From positions 959 to 64,958 of the forward strand of contig CAYJKC010000007.1 of NCBI GenBank assembly GCA_964370675.1: a stretch of 64,000 nt of DNA, in the 5' to 3' direction. Under the pieces are notes generated by a model that saw only the letters and a list, made by a program, of their open reading frames with translations, did no database searches and had not been told where the DNA came from. The position numbers and the translations under genes were made by a program. This DNA is from an uncultured Desulfovibrionaceae bacterium. GTDB taxonomy: Bacteria > Desulfobacterota > Desulfovibrionia > Desulfovibrionales > Desulfovibrionaceae. Below, one piece after another: positions 37,779 to 47,163 of the stretch. The number at the start of each line of letters is the position of its first letter. The stretch's first letter is position 1.

Positions 37779-39161
37779 ATGCTTTCTGATCGTGAAATTA
37801 CCAGTACATTAAATATGATGCGCCATGAGCATTTAGACATGCGTACAGTCACCTTAGGCATTAGCCTTTTTGACTGCCAAAGCCATGATATTTCAGTGTT
37901 TATATCTAATATTAAGAAAAAAATTGCACACCATGCTAAGCATTTGGTGCAAATTTGTAATGAAGTTGGCGATAAATATGGCATTCCTGTAGTTAACAAG
38001 CGTATAAGTGTTAGCCCCATTGCCGTGGTAGGTGGTCCCTTTGATGCTTCATGCATGGTGAAAATTTGCCAAGCTTTAGACGAGGCAGCCAAAGAAGTTG
38101 GAGTTGACTTTTTAGGCGGCTATACAGCTCTGGTTGAAAAGGGATTTACCCGCGCAGATAGAGCCTTATTAGAATCTCTGCCCGAAGCTCTATCCAGTAC
38201 AGATAGAGTTTGTTCTTCTATTAATGTAGCCTCTTCACGTTCAGGTATTAATATGGATGCTGTGGCACTTATGGGGCAACAAGTAGTAAATACTGCAAAG
38301 GCCACAGCAAGCCGTGATGGTATAGGTTGTGCTAAGTTAGTTATATTTGCTAATATTCCGCAGGATGTACCTTTCATGGCAGGGGCATATCTTGGTGTTG
38401 GAGAACCAGACGTAGTTATTAACGTAGGAGTTTCTGGACCAGGCGTAGTCAAAAAAGCCATTAATCGCGCCTTAAATGCTGCACGTACCTCTGGAGAGCC
38501 TTTTACCCTACTTGATGCCGCTGATGTTATTAAGCGCACAGCTTTTAAAGTTACGCGCGTTGGTGAAATCATTGGCAAGGAAGTGTCTCGCCGCTTGCAA
38601 GTTCCCTTTGGTGTGGCAGATTTATCCCTAGCACCTACCCCAGCGGTGGGTGACTCAGTAGGAGAAATTTTTGAAAGCTTAGGTCTATCTCATATTGGAG
38701 CTCCCGGCAGTACGGCTGTACTTGCTATGCTTAATGATGCTGTAAAAAAAGGAGGAGCTTTTGCATCTTCTTCTGTGGGTGGTCTTTCCGGAGCCTTTAT
38801 ACCTGTATCAGAAGACGCAAGCATTGAAGCTGCCGCCAGTGCCGGACTTTTAACTTTAGAAAAGTTAGAGGCAATGACTTCAGTTTGTTCCGTAGGGCTT
38901 GATATGATAGCTATACCTGGAGATACACCACACAGCACCATTGCTGGTATTATAGCAGATGAAATGGCCATTGGCATGATTAACAATAAAACCACTGCTG
39001 TGCGCCTTATTCCTGTACCTGACAAAGGGGTTGGAGATGTGGTGAACTTTGGTGGTCTTTTGGGAAAGGCTGGCATTATGCCTGTTCCAAAGGGGAATGC
39101 GGCTGCATTTATAGCGCTTGGAGGTCGCATTCCAGCGCCTATTCATAGCTTAAAAAATTAG
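37779..39161 (+). CDS. UPF0210/DUF711-family protein
   Basis: About 460 aa, Gly/Ala-rich, with a typical family N-terminus (EI..T..MM....[12 protein letters not shown]). Follows an ACT-domain gene, as in the known UPF0237-UPF0210 pair. ATG at 37779 with GAGG upstream. Confidence 0.8.
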   Translation: MLSDREITSTLNMMRHEHLDMRTVTLGISLFDCQSHDISVFISNIKKKIAHHAKHLVQICNEVGDKYGIPVVNKRISVSPIAVVGGPFDASCMVKICQALDEAAKEVGVDFLGGYTALVEKGFTRADRALLESLPEALSSTDRVCSSINVASSRSGINMDAVALMGQQVVNTAKATASRDGIGCAKLVIFANIPQDVPFMAGAYLGVGEPDVVINVGVSGPGVVKKAINRALNAARTSGEPFTLLDAADVIKRTAFKVTRVGEIIGKEVSRRLQVPFGVADLSLAPTPAVGDSVGEIFESLGLSHIGAPGSTAVLAMLNDAVKKGGAFASSSVGGLSGAFIPVSEDASIEAAASAGLLTLEKLEAMTSVCSVGLDMIAIPGDTPHSTIAGIIADEMAIGMINNKTTAVRLIPVPDKGVGDVVNFGGLLGKAGIMPVPKGNAAAFIALGGRIPAPIHSLKN

Positions 39162-39363
39162 CCCAATATGCTATAATGTGAGCTTAACTACTTACTTTAA
39201 ACAAATTAATTTAAGTATTTCGCAGCTAAGATATAAGAATATCCTTATACAAGTTAGGCTTGTTTATGTTAATGATGTTAGTAAATTCCATGGTTTATTT
39301 TTAAAAAGCATAGTATATTTAATAACATAAAATTTAATTTTAACCTTAACACGAGAAATAGCA

Positions 39364-39966
39364 ATGAAAGTTCTTGATTTACGCACATTACCCTGCCCAC
39401 AACCTGTAATTAAATGTCGCCAAACAATTACTGAAGACAATATTTCGCATTTGCAGGTATTAGTAGACAATGACGCAGCAGTAGAAAATGTAAGCCGTTA
39501 TCTTGGTCAACAAGGTTTTCTAGTAAAAAGCGAAAAACAAGGTCACGATTTTTGCATTACTGCCCAAAAAGACCCAACAACCCAGCTTGAGAAAACAGAA
39601 CCCAAACAATACCTTGCGCCAAAAGATGCTGAGGATCAAAGCATAGCTGTTTTCATTACCACACAAAGTCTAGGTCGTGGAGATGATGAGCTTGGTCACA
39701 AACTTATGGCAACTTTTTTAAACACCCTGCCTGAACTTGGTAAAAGCCTCTGGCGCATTATCTTATTAAATGGAGCAGTAAAACTTGCTGCACAAGAAGG
39801 TGATGCCTTAAAAAGCCTACAAGCCATTGAACAAACAGGCGTTAGCATCTTGGTGTGCGGCACTTGTCTTGCTCACTATAGCCTTGAAAAACAAGTAGGC
39901 GAAACATCAAACATGCTTGATATTGTCACCAGCTTGCATATGGCAGACAAGGTCATTCGCCCATAA
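39364..39966 (+). CDS. yedF: YedF-type protein (TusA/SirA-like domain plus DsrE-like domain)
   Basis: 200 aa. N-terminal LDLRTLPCPQPV (CPxP motif) and a C-terminal DsrE-like part with VCGTCL. Confidence 0.75.
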   Translation: MKVLDLRTLPCPQPVIKCRQTITEDNISHLQVLVDNDAAVENVSRYLGQQGFLVKSEKQGHDFCITAQKDPTTQLEKTEPKQYLAPKDAEDQSIAVFITTQSLGRGDDELGHKLMATFLNTLPELGKSLWRIILLNGAVKLAAQEGDALKSLQAIEQTGVSILVCGTCLAHYSLEKQVGETSNMLDIVTSLHMADKVIRP

Positions 39967-40030
39967 AAAACTTTGTTACTATGCTTTTATCAAATACACA
40001 AAATTATGCAAACATGGTATATGATTTACA

Positions 40031-40768
40031 TTAATCAAGAACACGTTCTTTAATAGTTGTAGTGTTAGGTGTTGTGCTTTCCGGAGGTGTAGTAACTGGT
40101 TTTAAACCAGGCACTACATCTTCCACGGGTGAGGATGTTTTTACCAAACTATCTCGCATATAAAGACGCCCTACAACACCTAAATCATCATACACTGCCA
40201 CAACGTTACCACGCAACATACCAGTTGCAGGAGGATTTGAGATAACCACATAATAAATTCGAGGAATAGCCCCACGTGTTCGCAATAACTTACCAGCCAC
40301 AATCCAGTCGTCCAGCCCATCACCATTCCAATCTGTTATGGCAACCATATCCACATCCACTCGGCGCTCAATCCTAGCATTTATGGTGCGCTTTTTTGTA
40401 GTGGGGGTATTGATGCTTACAATGCTAAAACCAGCTTTGCGCATTTGCGCACTGTTATTTTTGGAATCATTGCGCACAATTTGTGCAAAAGAAAGATGAC
40501 GATTATTACTAACTTCATCGCCAAAAACAAAATCTGAAGCAAGACGCTCATAAAGTGCATGTCCATAATCATTAGTAAAATTCGGTAACATAGTTGGATA
40601 ATAATTACGAGAACTATCTAAAATATCGCGAGCAATCATCTCGTTTGGCAAACGATCTGCCATAAGCTTAAATTGATGAGCTTGTATGACATCCACTTGC
40701 CTGCCTGTGCATCCTGCCAAACACGCACAAAAACAAAGCAACAACCATGTATGACGAATAAAATACAT
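40031..40768 (-). CDS. Lipoprotein of unknown function
   Basis: 245 aa. Lipobox LAGC, one FG-GAP/calcium-loop-like DWNGDGLDDW motif, and a Thr/Pro-rich C-terminus. Confidence 0.5.
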   Translation of the reverse strand: MYFIRHTWLLLCFCACLAGCTGRQVDVIQAHQFKLMADRLPNEMIARDILDSSRNYYPTMLPNFTNDYGHALYERLASDFVFGDEVSNNRHLSFAQIVRNDSKNNSAQMRKAGFSIVSINTPTTKKRTINARIERRVDVDMVAITDWNGDGLDDWIVAGKLLRTRGAIPRIYYVVISNPPATGMLRGNVVAVYDDLGVVGRLYMRDSLVKTSSPVEDVVPGLKPVTTPPESTTPNTTTIKERVLD

Positions 40769-40924
40769 AAATATCCACGCGCTTAAGGTTCAAAGGAATA
40801 TAAGAAAAAGAAACATATTAATATGACTTGGTCAAGGGCTTTGTATTAAATTTGTTTTTTAAGTGTTTTAGTCACGGCTTGTAATTTACAAGGTGATATT
40901 ATCACTTTATGGAATTTATAATAC

Positions 40925-40960
40925 AAAAAAAAAGCCGCAAAGATAAAATATCTTCACGGC
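40925..40960 (-). terminator. Rho-independent terminator of the oxidoreductase operon
   Basis: Imperfect 12-bp stem, gccgcaaagata with tatcttcacggc. On the minus strand it is followed by T9 (40933-40925). Confidence 0.6.
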
Positions 40961-40977
40961 TTTAATCATGCATCTTT

Positions 40978-41520
40978 TTAATTATAACTATATCCAGCCT
41001 CAAGAGCCTTAGCATTGGCCGGAATTAATTTAGCATAGTGACTAGAAACCGTACGATGTAAAGCCTCTTGCACCACTTCTAAGGGTAAAGCGCTAGTAGC
41101 TTTAATCCAAGCCCCAAGTGCTACCATATTTGCCATCTTAACCGAACCAAGTTCATGAGCAATGTCATTTACTGGAATACATACACTTTTCTTGTTGGTA
41201 TCCAAGGCTGTATTCACATCTATGAGTGAGCTATTAACAATTTGCACCCCATCTTGAGCAAGGCGTGGTTGAAATTTATCCAGTGAGGGTAAATTCAAAA
41301 TTATAGTAGATTTTGGCTCGCGCACCAAGGGTGAACCCACAGGATATTCATCCAAAACCACGGTGCAATTGGCGGTACCTCCGCGCATCTCTGCTCCGTA
41401 TACAGGAATAAAAGTCACATTTAAACCATACTCCATGCCGGCTTGCGCAAGTAAATTGCCAATAAGCATAACACCTTGCCCACCAAATCCTGCCATAATA
41501 ACATCATGATATTTAGACAT
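40978..41520 (-). CDS. 2-oxoacid:ferredoxin oxidoreductase, gamma subunit
   Basis: GFGGQGV motif. Start taken at MSKYHDVIM, overlapping the beta stop. Confidence 0.85.
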   Translation of the reverse strand: MSKYHDVIMAGFGGQGVMLIGNLLAQAGMEYGLNVTFIPVYGAEMRGGTANCTVVLDEYPVGSPLVREPKSTIILNLPSLDKFQPRLAQDGVQIVNSSLIDVNTALDTNKKSVCIPVNDIAHELGSVKMANMVALGAWIKATSALPLEVVQEALHRTVSSHYAKLIPANAKALEAGYSYN

Positions 41521-42298
41521 TGTTACCACCTCTTGCATCCTTAAACACGCCTAAGGGGAATACAGGAATCATCTCTGAGGCAATACGTTCATTAGCAGCA
41601 ACTGCATCCATACGCCAATTGGTAGGGCAGCCACATAAAAGCTCTACAAAGCTATATCCTAGTTCGGCTTTTTGTATTTCAAAGGCTATGCGTATGGCTT
41701 TTTTGGCAGCGCGAATATTTTTTACAGAGTTAAGGGCGCAACGCTCAGCATAAACTACGCCATCTAGTTGAGCCATAATTTCTGTCATATGTATGGGACC
41801 ACCTTCTGTTTTCATATTACGTCCGGCTGGGCTGGTGGTTGTTTTTTGACCTAATAATGTGGTTGGTGCAAGCTGACCGCCGGTCATGCCATATACAGTA
41901 TTATTTACAAAAAAAGCTGATAAACGTTCTCCACGATTAGCAGAATGAATAGCCTCGGCTATACCAATGGAACCCATATCACCATCACCTTGATAGGCAA
42001 AAACAATACGATCAGGGCGCGCACGCTTAACACCAGTAGCCACAGCAGATGCACGACCATGCGGAGCTTCAATACAATCTAATTCCATATAGTTATAAAT
42101 AAAAGCTGAACACCCCACCGATGGCACAAGAATAGTTTGGCCAGCCAAATCCATCTCATGTAAAACTTCAGTTATAAGCCTATGCGCAATACCATGATGA
42201 CAACCGGGGCAATAATGGGTTTGCACATCAGATTGCACTGGGTTTGTATCAAAAACAAGCTCTTCGTCTATATTGGGTATAAGAGGATTTTTTGTCAT
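41513..42298 (-). CDS. 2-oxoacid:ferredoxin oxidoreductase, beta (TPP-binding) subunit
   Basis: YCPGCHHG and GDGD...N TPP motif. ATG at 42298 overlaps the alpha stop (TAATG). Confidence 0.88.
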   Translation of the reverse strand: MTKNPLIPNIDEELVFDTNPVQSDVQTHYCPGCHHGIAHRLITEVLHEMDLAGQTILVPSVGCSAFIYNYMELDCIEAPHGRASAVATGVKRARPDRIVFAYQGDGDMGSIGIAEAIHSANRGERLSAFFVNNTVYGMTGGQLAPTTLLGQKTTTSPAGRNMKTEGGPIHMTEIMAQLDGVVYAERCALNSVKNIRAAKKAIRIAFEIQKAELGYSFVELLCGCPTNWRMDAVAANERIASEMIPVFPLGVFKDARGGNNV

Positions 42299-43401
42299 TA
42301 TTTTGCTCCCAAACATTCTTTAATGGGTTCTAGAAGTGTATCTGCACCAATAAATAAACCTGGCATTACACCGTACCAATCTACTTTTGCTTGTGTACTG
42401 CTTAAAGCTAGGCGAACATCTTCAACCATTTGTCCGAGATTTTGCTCAATAACTAAGAACTTTTTGCCTTTAGCTGCTAAAGATTGTAAATCAGCTTGAG
42501 GGAATGGATAAAGTGTAACGGGGCGTACTAAGCCAAGCTTATGCCCTTGTTCACGTAAAGTGCGCACAGCACTTTGGGCTATACGCCCAATGGAGCCAAA
42601 GGCTACAATGATAAGCTCTGCATCATCACAATCAGTACAAATGGCGCGCGCTTCTGCCTGCATGGCAAGATATTTTTCTTGCAAAAGCTTATTACGTGCT
42701 GCCAATGCACCTTCTGCCAAGTAAACTGATTTAAGCAAACGAACTTTCTTATCATCTCTACTAGCATAGCCCTCCACCCGCCACGGAGCAGATAAAGCTT
42801 TAAACCCTTCAACGCCTATGGCATCTTCAGGAATTTTACGCAAAACAGGTTCTTTAATTTGCCCCACAATGGCATCACCTAAAACCATAACTGGATTAAG
42901 GTATTGAAAGGCAATTCTAAATGCATCAAACATCATGTCATAGCATTCTTGAGCTGTGGCTGGGGCTAAAACGCAGCACCTATAATCGCCATGTCCGCCA
43001 CCTTTAACAGCTTGAAAATAGTCTCCTTGCGATGGGCCTATATCACCAAGCCCAGGTCCGCCACGCGACATATTAACAATGACACCAGGGATATGACTAC
43101 CTGCCATATAGGAAATACCCTCTTGCATGAGAGAAATGCCACAACTGGAAGAAGAAGTCATGGCAGCAGTGCCACAAGAGCCTGCCCCAAGCACCATATT
43201 TATCGAGCCAATTTCACTTTCGGCTTGTACAAAGCTTCCACCACACTCTGGTAAAAGCTTAGAAAGTGTTTCCGGAACTTCATTTTGAGGGGTAATGGGA
43301 TAACCAAAATAACAGCGACAACCTGCATCTATGGCTCCAAATGAAATAGCTTCATTACCTTTAATTAGTATACGTTCGTCTTTAATTTTTTGGGTGCTCA
43401 T
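42298..43401 (-). CDS. 2-oxoacid:ferredoxin oxidoreductase, alpha subunit
   Basis: 367 aa. GNEAISFGAIDAGCRCYFGYPITPQNE. Confidence 0.88.
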   Translation of the reverse strand: MSTQKIKDERILIKGNEAISFGAIDAGCRCYFGYPITPQNEVPETLSKLLPECGGSFVQAESEIGSINMVLGAGSCGTAAMTSSSSCGISLMQEGISYMAGSHIPGVIVNMSRGGPGLGDIGPSQGDYFQAVKGGGHGDYRCCVLAPATAQECYDMMFDAFRIAFQYLNPVMVLGDAIVGQIKEPVLRKIPEDAIGVEGFKALSAPWRVEGYASRDDKKVRLLKSVYLAEGALAARNKLLQEKYLAMQAEARAICTDCDDAELIIVAFGSIGRIAQSAVRTLREQGHKLGLVRPVTLYPFPQADLQSLAAKGKKFLVIEQNLGQMVEDVRLALSSTQAKVDWYGVMPGLFIGADTLLEPIKECLGAK

Positions 43402-43634
43402 TATGCACCTTCCTTTTGCTTACGAGTTTTAAACACACGAATGGCCACATCAGGGCAAATCAAGCCACATGATGCACAGCCAATGCATTGTTCAGCATTT
43501 TCTTCTTTTACTTCTACAACCTGATATCCTTGACGATTAAAGCGGTCTGCCTTTGTGATAATACCTTTTGGGCACACCGTGGTACAGAGTAAACACCCCT
43601 TACATCGTTCTTCCAAAAAGACTACTCGTGACAT
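43401..43634 (-). CDS. 2-oxoacid:ferredoxin oxidoreductase, delta subunit (2x[4Fe-4S] ferredoxin)
   Basis: 77 aa. CKGCLLCTTVCP and CIGCASCGLICP. Confidence 0.85.
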   Translation of the reverse strand: MSRVVFLEERCKGCLLCTTVCPKGIITKADRFNRQGYQVVEVKEENAEQCIGCASCGLICPDVAIRVFKTRKQKEGA

Positions 43635-43681
43635 ATATTCTCCTTAAATAATGAGTATAGTATATACAAAACACTACAACA

Positions 43682-44791
43682 TTAATAAATTAGCATGGCA
43701 TCACCATAGGAAAAAAAGCGATAGTTTTGCTCCATGGCAGTGGCATATGCTTGCAAAACGCGCTCACGCCCTGCAAAGCCTGATATCATCATAATAAGTG
43801 AAGATTCAGGTAAGTGAAAGTTGGTGATAATACCATCAACCACCCTAAATTTGCGTCCAGGGTATAGAAAAATATCAGTCCAGCCTGCAAAAGGTTGAAC
43901 CTTACCGCATAATTCTGCCACACCTTCAATGGCGCGTACAGAGGTTGTTCCCACTGCAATAATGGGTCGACCTTGTGTCTTGGCTTCAGTTATGGCATTG
44001 GCTGTTTTTTCTGACAACTCAATATATTCTCTGTGCATACGATGACTGCGAATATCATCACTACGCACAGGGCTAAAAGTTCCGTACCCAACATAAAGGG
44101 TGATTTCTGCCCATTCACAACCATGACTTGCAAGATCATCATAAATACTTTCTGTAAAATGTAGACCAGCAGTAGGTGCAGCCACAGAGCCTACTTTATC
44201 AGAACGCGCAAATATAGTTTGATATCGGCTTTTATCTTCGTCCTCGTCGCTACGCTTAATGTATGGTGGTAAGGGTAAATGCCCTGTGGCAGCAAAGGCT
44301 TTGGCTAAATCCCCATGCCATGAAAGTACAACTTTTCTTTGACCAAATGGACCTGATTCAAGCACTTTAACGCTAATACCAGCTCCAAAATTAAATTCAT
44401 CACCATCTTGTACCCGAGCACCAGTACGCACTAAACCACTAGCCTCTGCCTCAAACCAGCCAGGTCTATCTGCCAAGGGCACGGCAGCTGCTGTAACTAA
44501 GGGTAATGGGCTTAAAAGCAAAAATTCAACCTTACCACCTGTAGGGCGCGTTCCTAAAAGTCTTGCTTGCAACACCTGTGAATTATTTACAATTAATAAG
44601 CAGTCCTCAGGTAAATATTGGCGGATATCAGAAAATTTTGTATGCACAAGTTCTTGATGAGGTTTGGCTTTTTTGTTCATGACCATAAGTCTTGAATGAC
44701 CACGTTGCTCAGGCGGGTATTGCGCTATAAATTGTTCTGGTAAATCAAAATTATAAGAAGTTCGCTCAAAATCTTTTTCATCAATAAACAT
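43682..44791 (-). CDS. queA: S-adenosylmethionine:tRNA ribosyltransferase-isomerase
   Basis: DFNYDLPEQFIAQ N-terminus and GTTSVR motif. Start taken at MFIDEKDF (44791) with GAGGA upstream. Confidence 0.92.
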   Translation of the reverse strand: MFIDEKDFERTSYNFDLPEQFIAQYPPEQRGHSRLMVMNKKAKPHQELVHTKFSDIRQYLPEDCLLIVNNSQVLQARLLGTRPTGGKVEFLLLSPLPLVTAAAVPLADRPGWFEAEASGLVRTGARVQDGDEFNFGAGISVKVLESGPFGQRKVVLSWHGDLAKAFAATGHLPLPPYIKRSDEDEDKSRYQTIFARSDKVGSVAAPTAGLHFTESIYDDLASHGCEWAEITLYVGYGTFSPVRSDDIRSHRMHREYIELSEKTANAITEAKTQGRPIIAVGTTSVRAIEGVAELCGKVQPFAGWTDIFLYPGRKFRVVDGIITNFHLPESSLIMMISGFAGRERVLQAYATAMEQNYRFFSYGDAMLIY

Positions 44792-44926
44792 TATTATTTC
44801 CTCATACATCAATACTGAAGCAGTGCTTAGCATAAAAAACATACCTTGTCAGCACATACCTTTTTGAGGTATTCAATAGGACAGGTGATTTAGATTTGTA
44901 ATTTTTTGTGTGTGCAAAGCAACTTT

Positions 44927-44997
44927 GGTAAAGTTTTTTAAGCGTTGCAGCACCTACGCTTCGCTCCACCGCAGCAAATTGCTTAAAAAACCTTCCC
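44927..44997 (+). repeat. Copy B of the conserved intergenic hairpin element (copy A at 4254-4326)
   Basis: ggtaaagttttttaagcgttgcagc - 19-nt loop - gcagcaaattgcttaaaaaaccttccc. The arms pair over gttttttaagc/gcttaaaaaac plus an inner GC stem. Confidence 0.6.
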
Positions 44998-45085
44998 TAT
45001 TGCTTTGCATACGCATAAGGAACAAAATTTTTGGGGTTAGAGTTGTAAATCGGAATCACGTGTTCAATAGGAACGGAGAAAAAAC

Positions 45086-46336
45086 ATGTTAGATTATTCC
45101 CCACCCCACTCTTTCGATGAACATAGTCATCTAAAAAGCACTCATATACACCTTGGAGTTTGTGGTTCCATCGCAGCTTTTAGAGCTTTGGACTTACTAC
45201 GCTGGTGGAAATCTAATCATATGCATGTGAGCGTAACTTTGAGTGAGTCTGCACAAAAGTTTGTTACTCCACTAAGCTTTGAGGCTTTGGGTGCTAGCAC
45301 CGTGCATACCAATATGTGGGATGAGCATAATATTTTTGCTCATCTTGAGCCTGGGCAAATATGCAAAGTCATGGTCATAGCTCCGGCAACAGCCTCCACC
45401 ATTGCTCAGCTTGCTAGTGGCAATGCCCATACCTTACTCTCATGCCAAGCCTTGGCTTTTGATGGACCACTTATAATTGCACCTGCCATGAATCCGCGCA
45501 TGTGGAATAATGCTGCTACCCAAGAAAATATTGCTAAACTGCGCTCAAGAAATGTAAATATTGTTACGCCAGATTATGGTGGAACAGCTTGTGGCGATGA
45601 AGGACAAGGTCGTCTTGCCGATTTGCGACATATTTGGATGGAATCCTTAAAAGCTGCTACCCCTCAAGATATGCAAGGTCTTAAACTCATGCTGACCCTT
45701 GGGCCTACGCGCGAGCAATGGGATGCTGTGCGCTATTGGTCAAACCCATCTACTGGGAGCATGGGTGCTGCTTTAGCTGTGTCTGCTTGGTTACGTGGAG
45801 CAGAAGTTCATGCCATTTGTGGTCCCATATCTAAGCAAAATTGTTATCTACCACCTAGCATTCAGCAGTACGACGTGGTTAATGCCAAGGAAATGTATAC
45901 GGCTGCCAAAGACATTTGGCCTCAAATGCAAGCAGGAATTTTTACAGCTGCTGTGGCTGACTTTTCGCCTCAAAACACCCAAACTTCACTGACCGAGAAA
46001 TTCAAAAAGCATCATAGTAGTAATGGGTTAAGTATTAATTTTACACCAAACGTTGATATTTTGCGTTCTCTTTGTAAAGAAAAGCAAGCTTCACAAAAAG
46101 TTATGGGTTTTGCAGCAGAAACTACCACAGACATGTTGAGTGCTGTGCGCAAAAAATTAAATGATAAGGGAGCAGATATATTAGTGGGGAATAATATAAA
46201 TCAAGCCCATGCAGGATTTGCTTCTGCGACCAATGAGGTTATAGTGGTTGATAGATTTGGACGCGAAGAAGCATGGCCAACCTTACCTAAAATGACCGTA
46301 GCTTGGAGATTATGTTCATGGCTTTTGAGCATTTAA
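45086..46336 (+). CDS. coaBC: Bifunctional phosphopantothenoylcysteine decarboxylase / phosphopantothenate-cysteine ligase
   Basis: 416 aa. Flavoprotein domain (GVCGSIAAF, PAMN..MW) and DFP ligase domain (AAVADF). Confidence 0.92.
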   Translation: MLDYSPPHSFDEHSHLKSTHIHLGVCGSIAAFRALDLLRWWKSNHMHVSVTLSESAQKFVTPLSFEALGASTVHTNMWDEHNIFAHLEPGQICKVMVIAPATASTIAQLASGNAHTLLSCQALAFDGPLIIAPAMNPRMWNNAATQENIAKLRSRNVNIVTPDYGGTACGDEGQGRLADLRHIWMESLKAATPQDMQGLKLMLTLGPTREQWDAVRYWSNPSTGSMGAALAVSAWLRGAEVHAICGPISKQNCYLPPSIQQYDVVNAKEMYTAAKDIWPQMQAGIFTAAVADFSPQNTQTSLTEKFKKHHSSNGLSINFTPNVDILRSLCKEKQASQKVMGFAAETTTDMLSAVRKKLNDKGADILVGNNINQAHAGFASATNEVIVVDRFGREEAWPTLPKMTVAWRLCSWLLSI

Positions 46337-47103
46337 ACCTCCCTCCTCACCTTGTGCCTTGGCAGCAACATGGCATGGACTATGTGCTTAGTAAAAAAGC
46401 TCTTGCTCCTGAGCTTTCGCTCCTAACTGCACAAGCCAAGCCTGTGCAAGTTAACTCAGCACAAGCAAGGTCCATGCAAAATACGCAAGCTCAAAATGGT
46501 CAGACCCAAAGTGGGCAAGCTCAAGCTAGAACTAGCCATACAAAATTTGACTCCCCAAATATCAAAGCTCAAAACAAACAAACTACGAATGACACAAACG
46601 AAAACGCTAGTCTGACACCTACATCCACACCATTTGTCGCAGCAGAGTATTGGCCAAGTCCTTGGCAAGTTCTCTTACAAAAAACTCCCCCAGCACCAGT
46701 AATATGGACTTATTTTAGCCTTGGTGATGATCTTTCTGGTAATCCCAATGCTGATAGACGCGATTTCATGCGCAAGCTTTTGACAGACCTTGGACATCGC
46801 AAGGGTACACATAGCTTTTGGCCAATAGCCCTACCCGATCAAAACACAGAACAAAGTGTTGCCCATGCACAAGCTTTTTGGTCTGGTGTGCAAATTCTTA
46901 AAGCAAAGGCTGTTATTGCCATGGGGCAAGCTGCCACCAAGGCTATGGGACTTGAACAAAATATACGCCCCTTTATGCACACAAGATATAATGGATGCTT
47001 TGTGGTAGTGTTACGAGATGTGGATTTTTTAATTGCGGAACCGCATTCATATAATAATGTAAGAGAATTTTTACGTCGTTCTCTTGCTTCCTTTGGCAGG
47101 TAG
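46318..47103 (+). CDS. Hypothetical protein with a Gln/Ala-rich low-complexity region. The C-terminal half may be a degenerate UDG-superfamily fold.
   Basis: The open frame overlaps the coaBC 3' end. Q-rich run SAQARSMQNTQAQNGQTQSGQAQA. The C-terminal layout resembles family-4 UDG, but the GE(A/G)PG and HPS catalytic motifs are absent. Start is uncertain (46303 or 46318). Confidence 0.4.
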   Translation: MAFEHLNLPPHLVPWQQHGMDYVLSKKALAPELSLLTAQAKPVQVNSAQARSMQNTQAQNGQTQSGQAQARTSHTKFDSPNIKAQNKQTTNDTNENASLTPTSTPFVAAEYWPSPWQVLLQKTPPAPVIWTYFSLGDDLSGNPNADRRDFMRKLLTDLGHRKGTHSFWPIALPDQNTEQSVAHAQAFWSGVQILKAKAVIAMGQAATKAMGLEQNIRPFMHTRYNGCFVVVLRDVDFLIAEPHSYNNVREFLRRSLASFGR

Positions 47104-47163
47104 CTTGTGCTGAGTATTACAAAAGCTTCATTAAACCAAAAAAATTTATGTAGTAATTTCAAC

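Noticed and set aside
44910-45092. A 60-aa ORF in the queA/coaBC spacer.
   Set aside because: It reads through the hairpin repeat element, has no RBS and has a basic low-complexity composition. The paralogous repeat copy at 4254-4326 is not in an equivalent open frame. I treat it as spurious.
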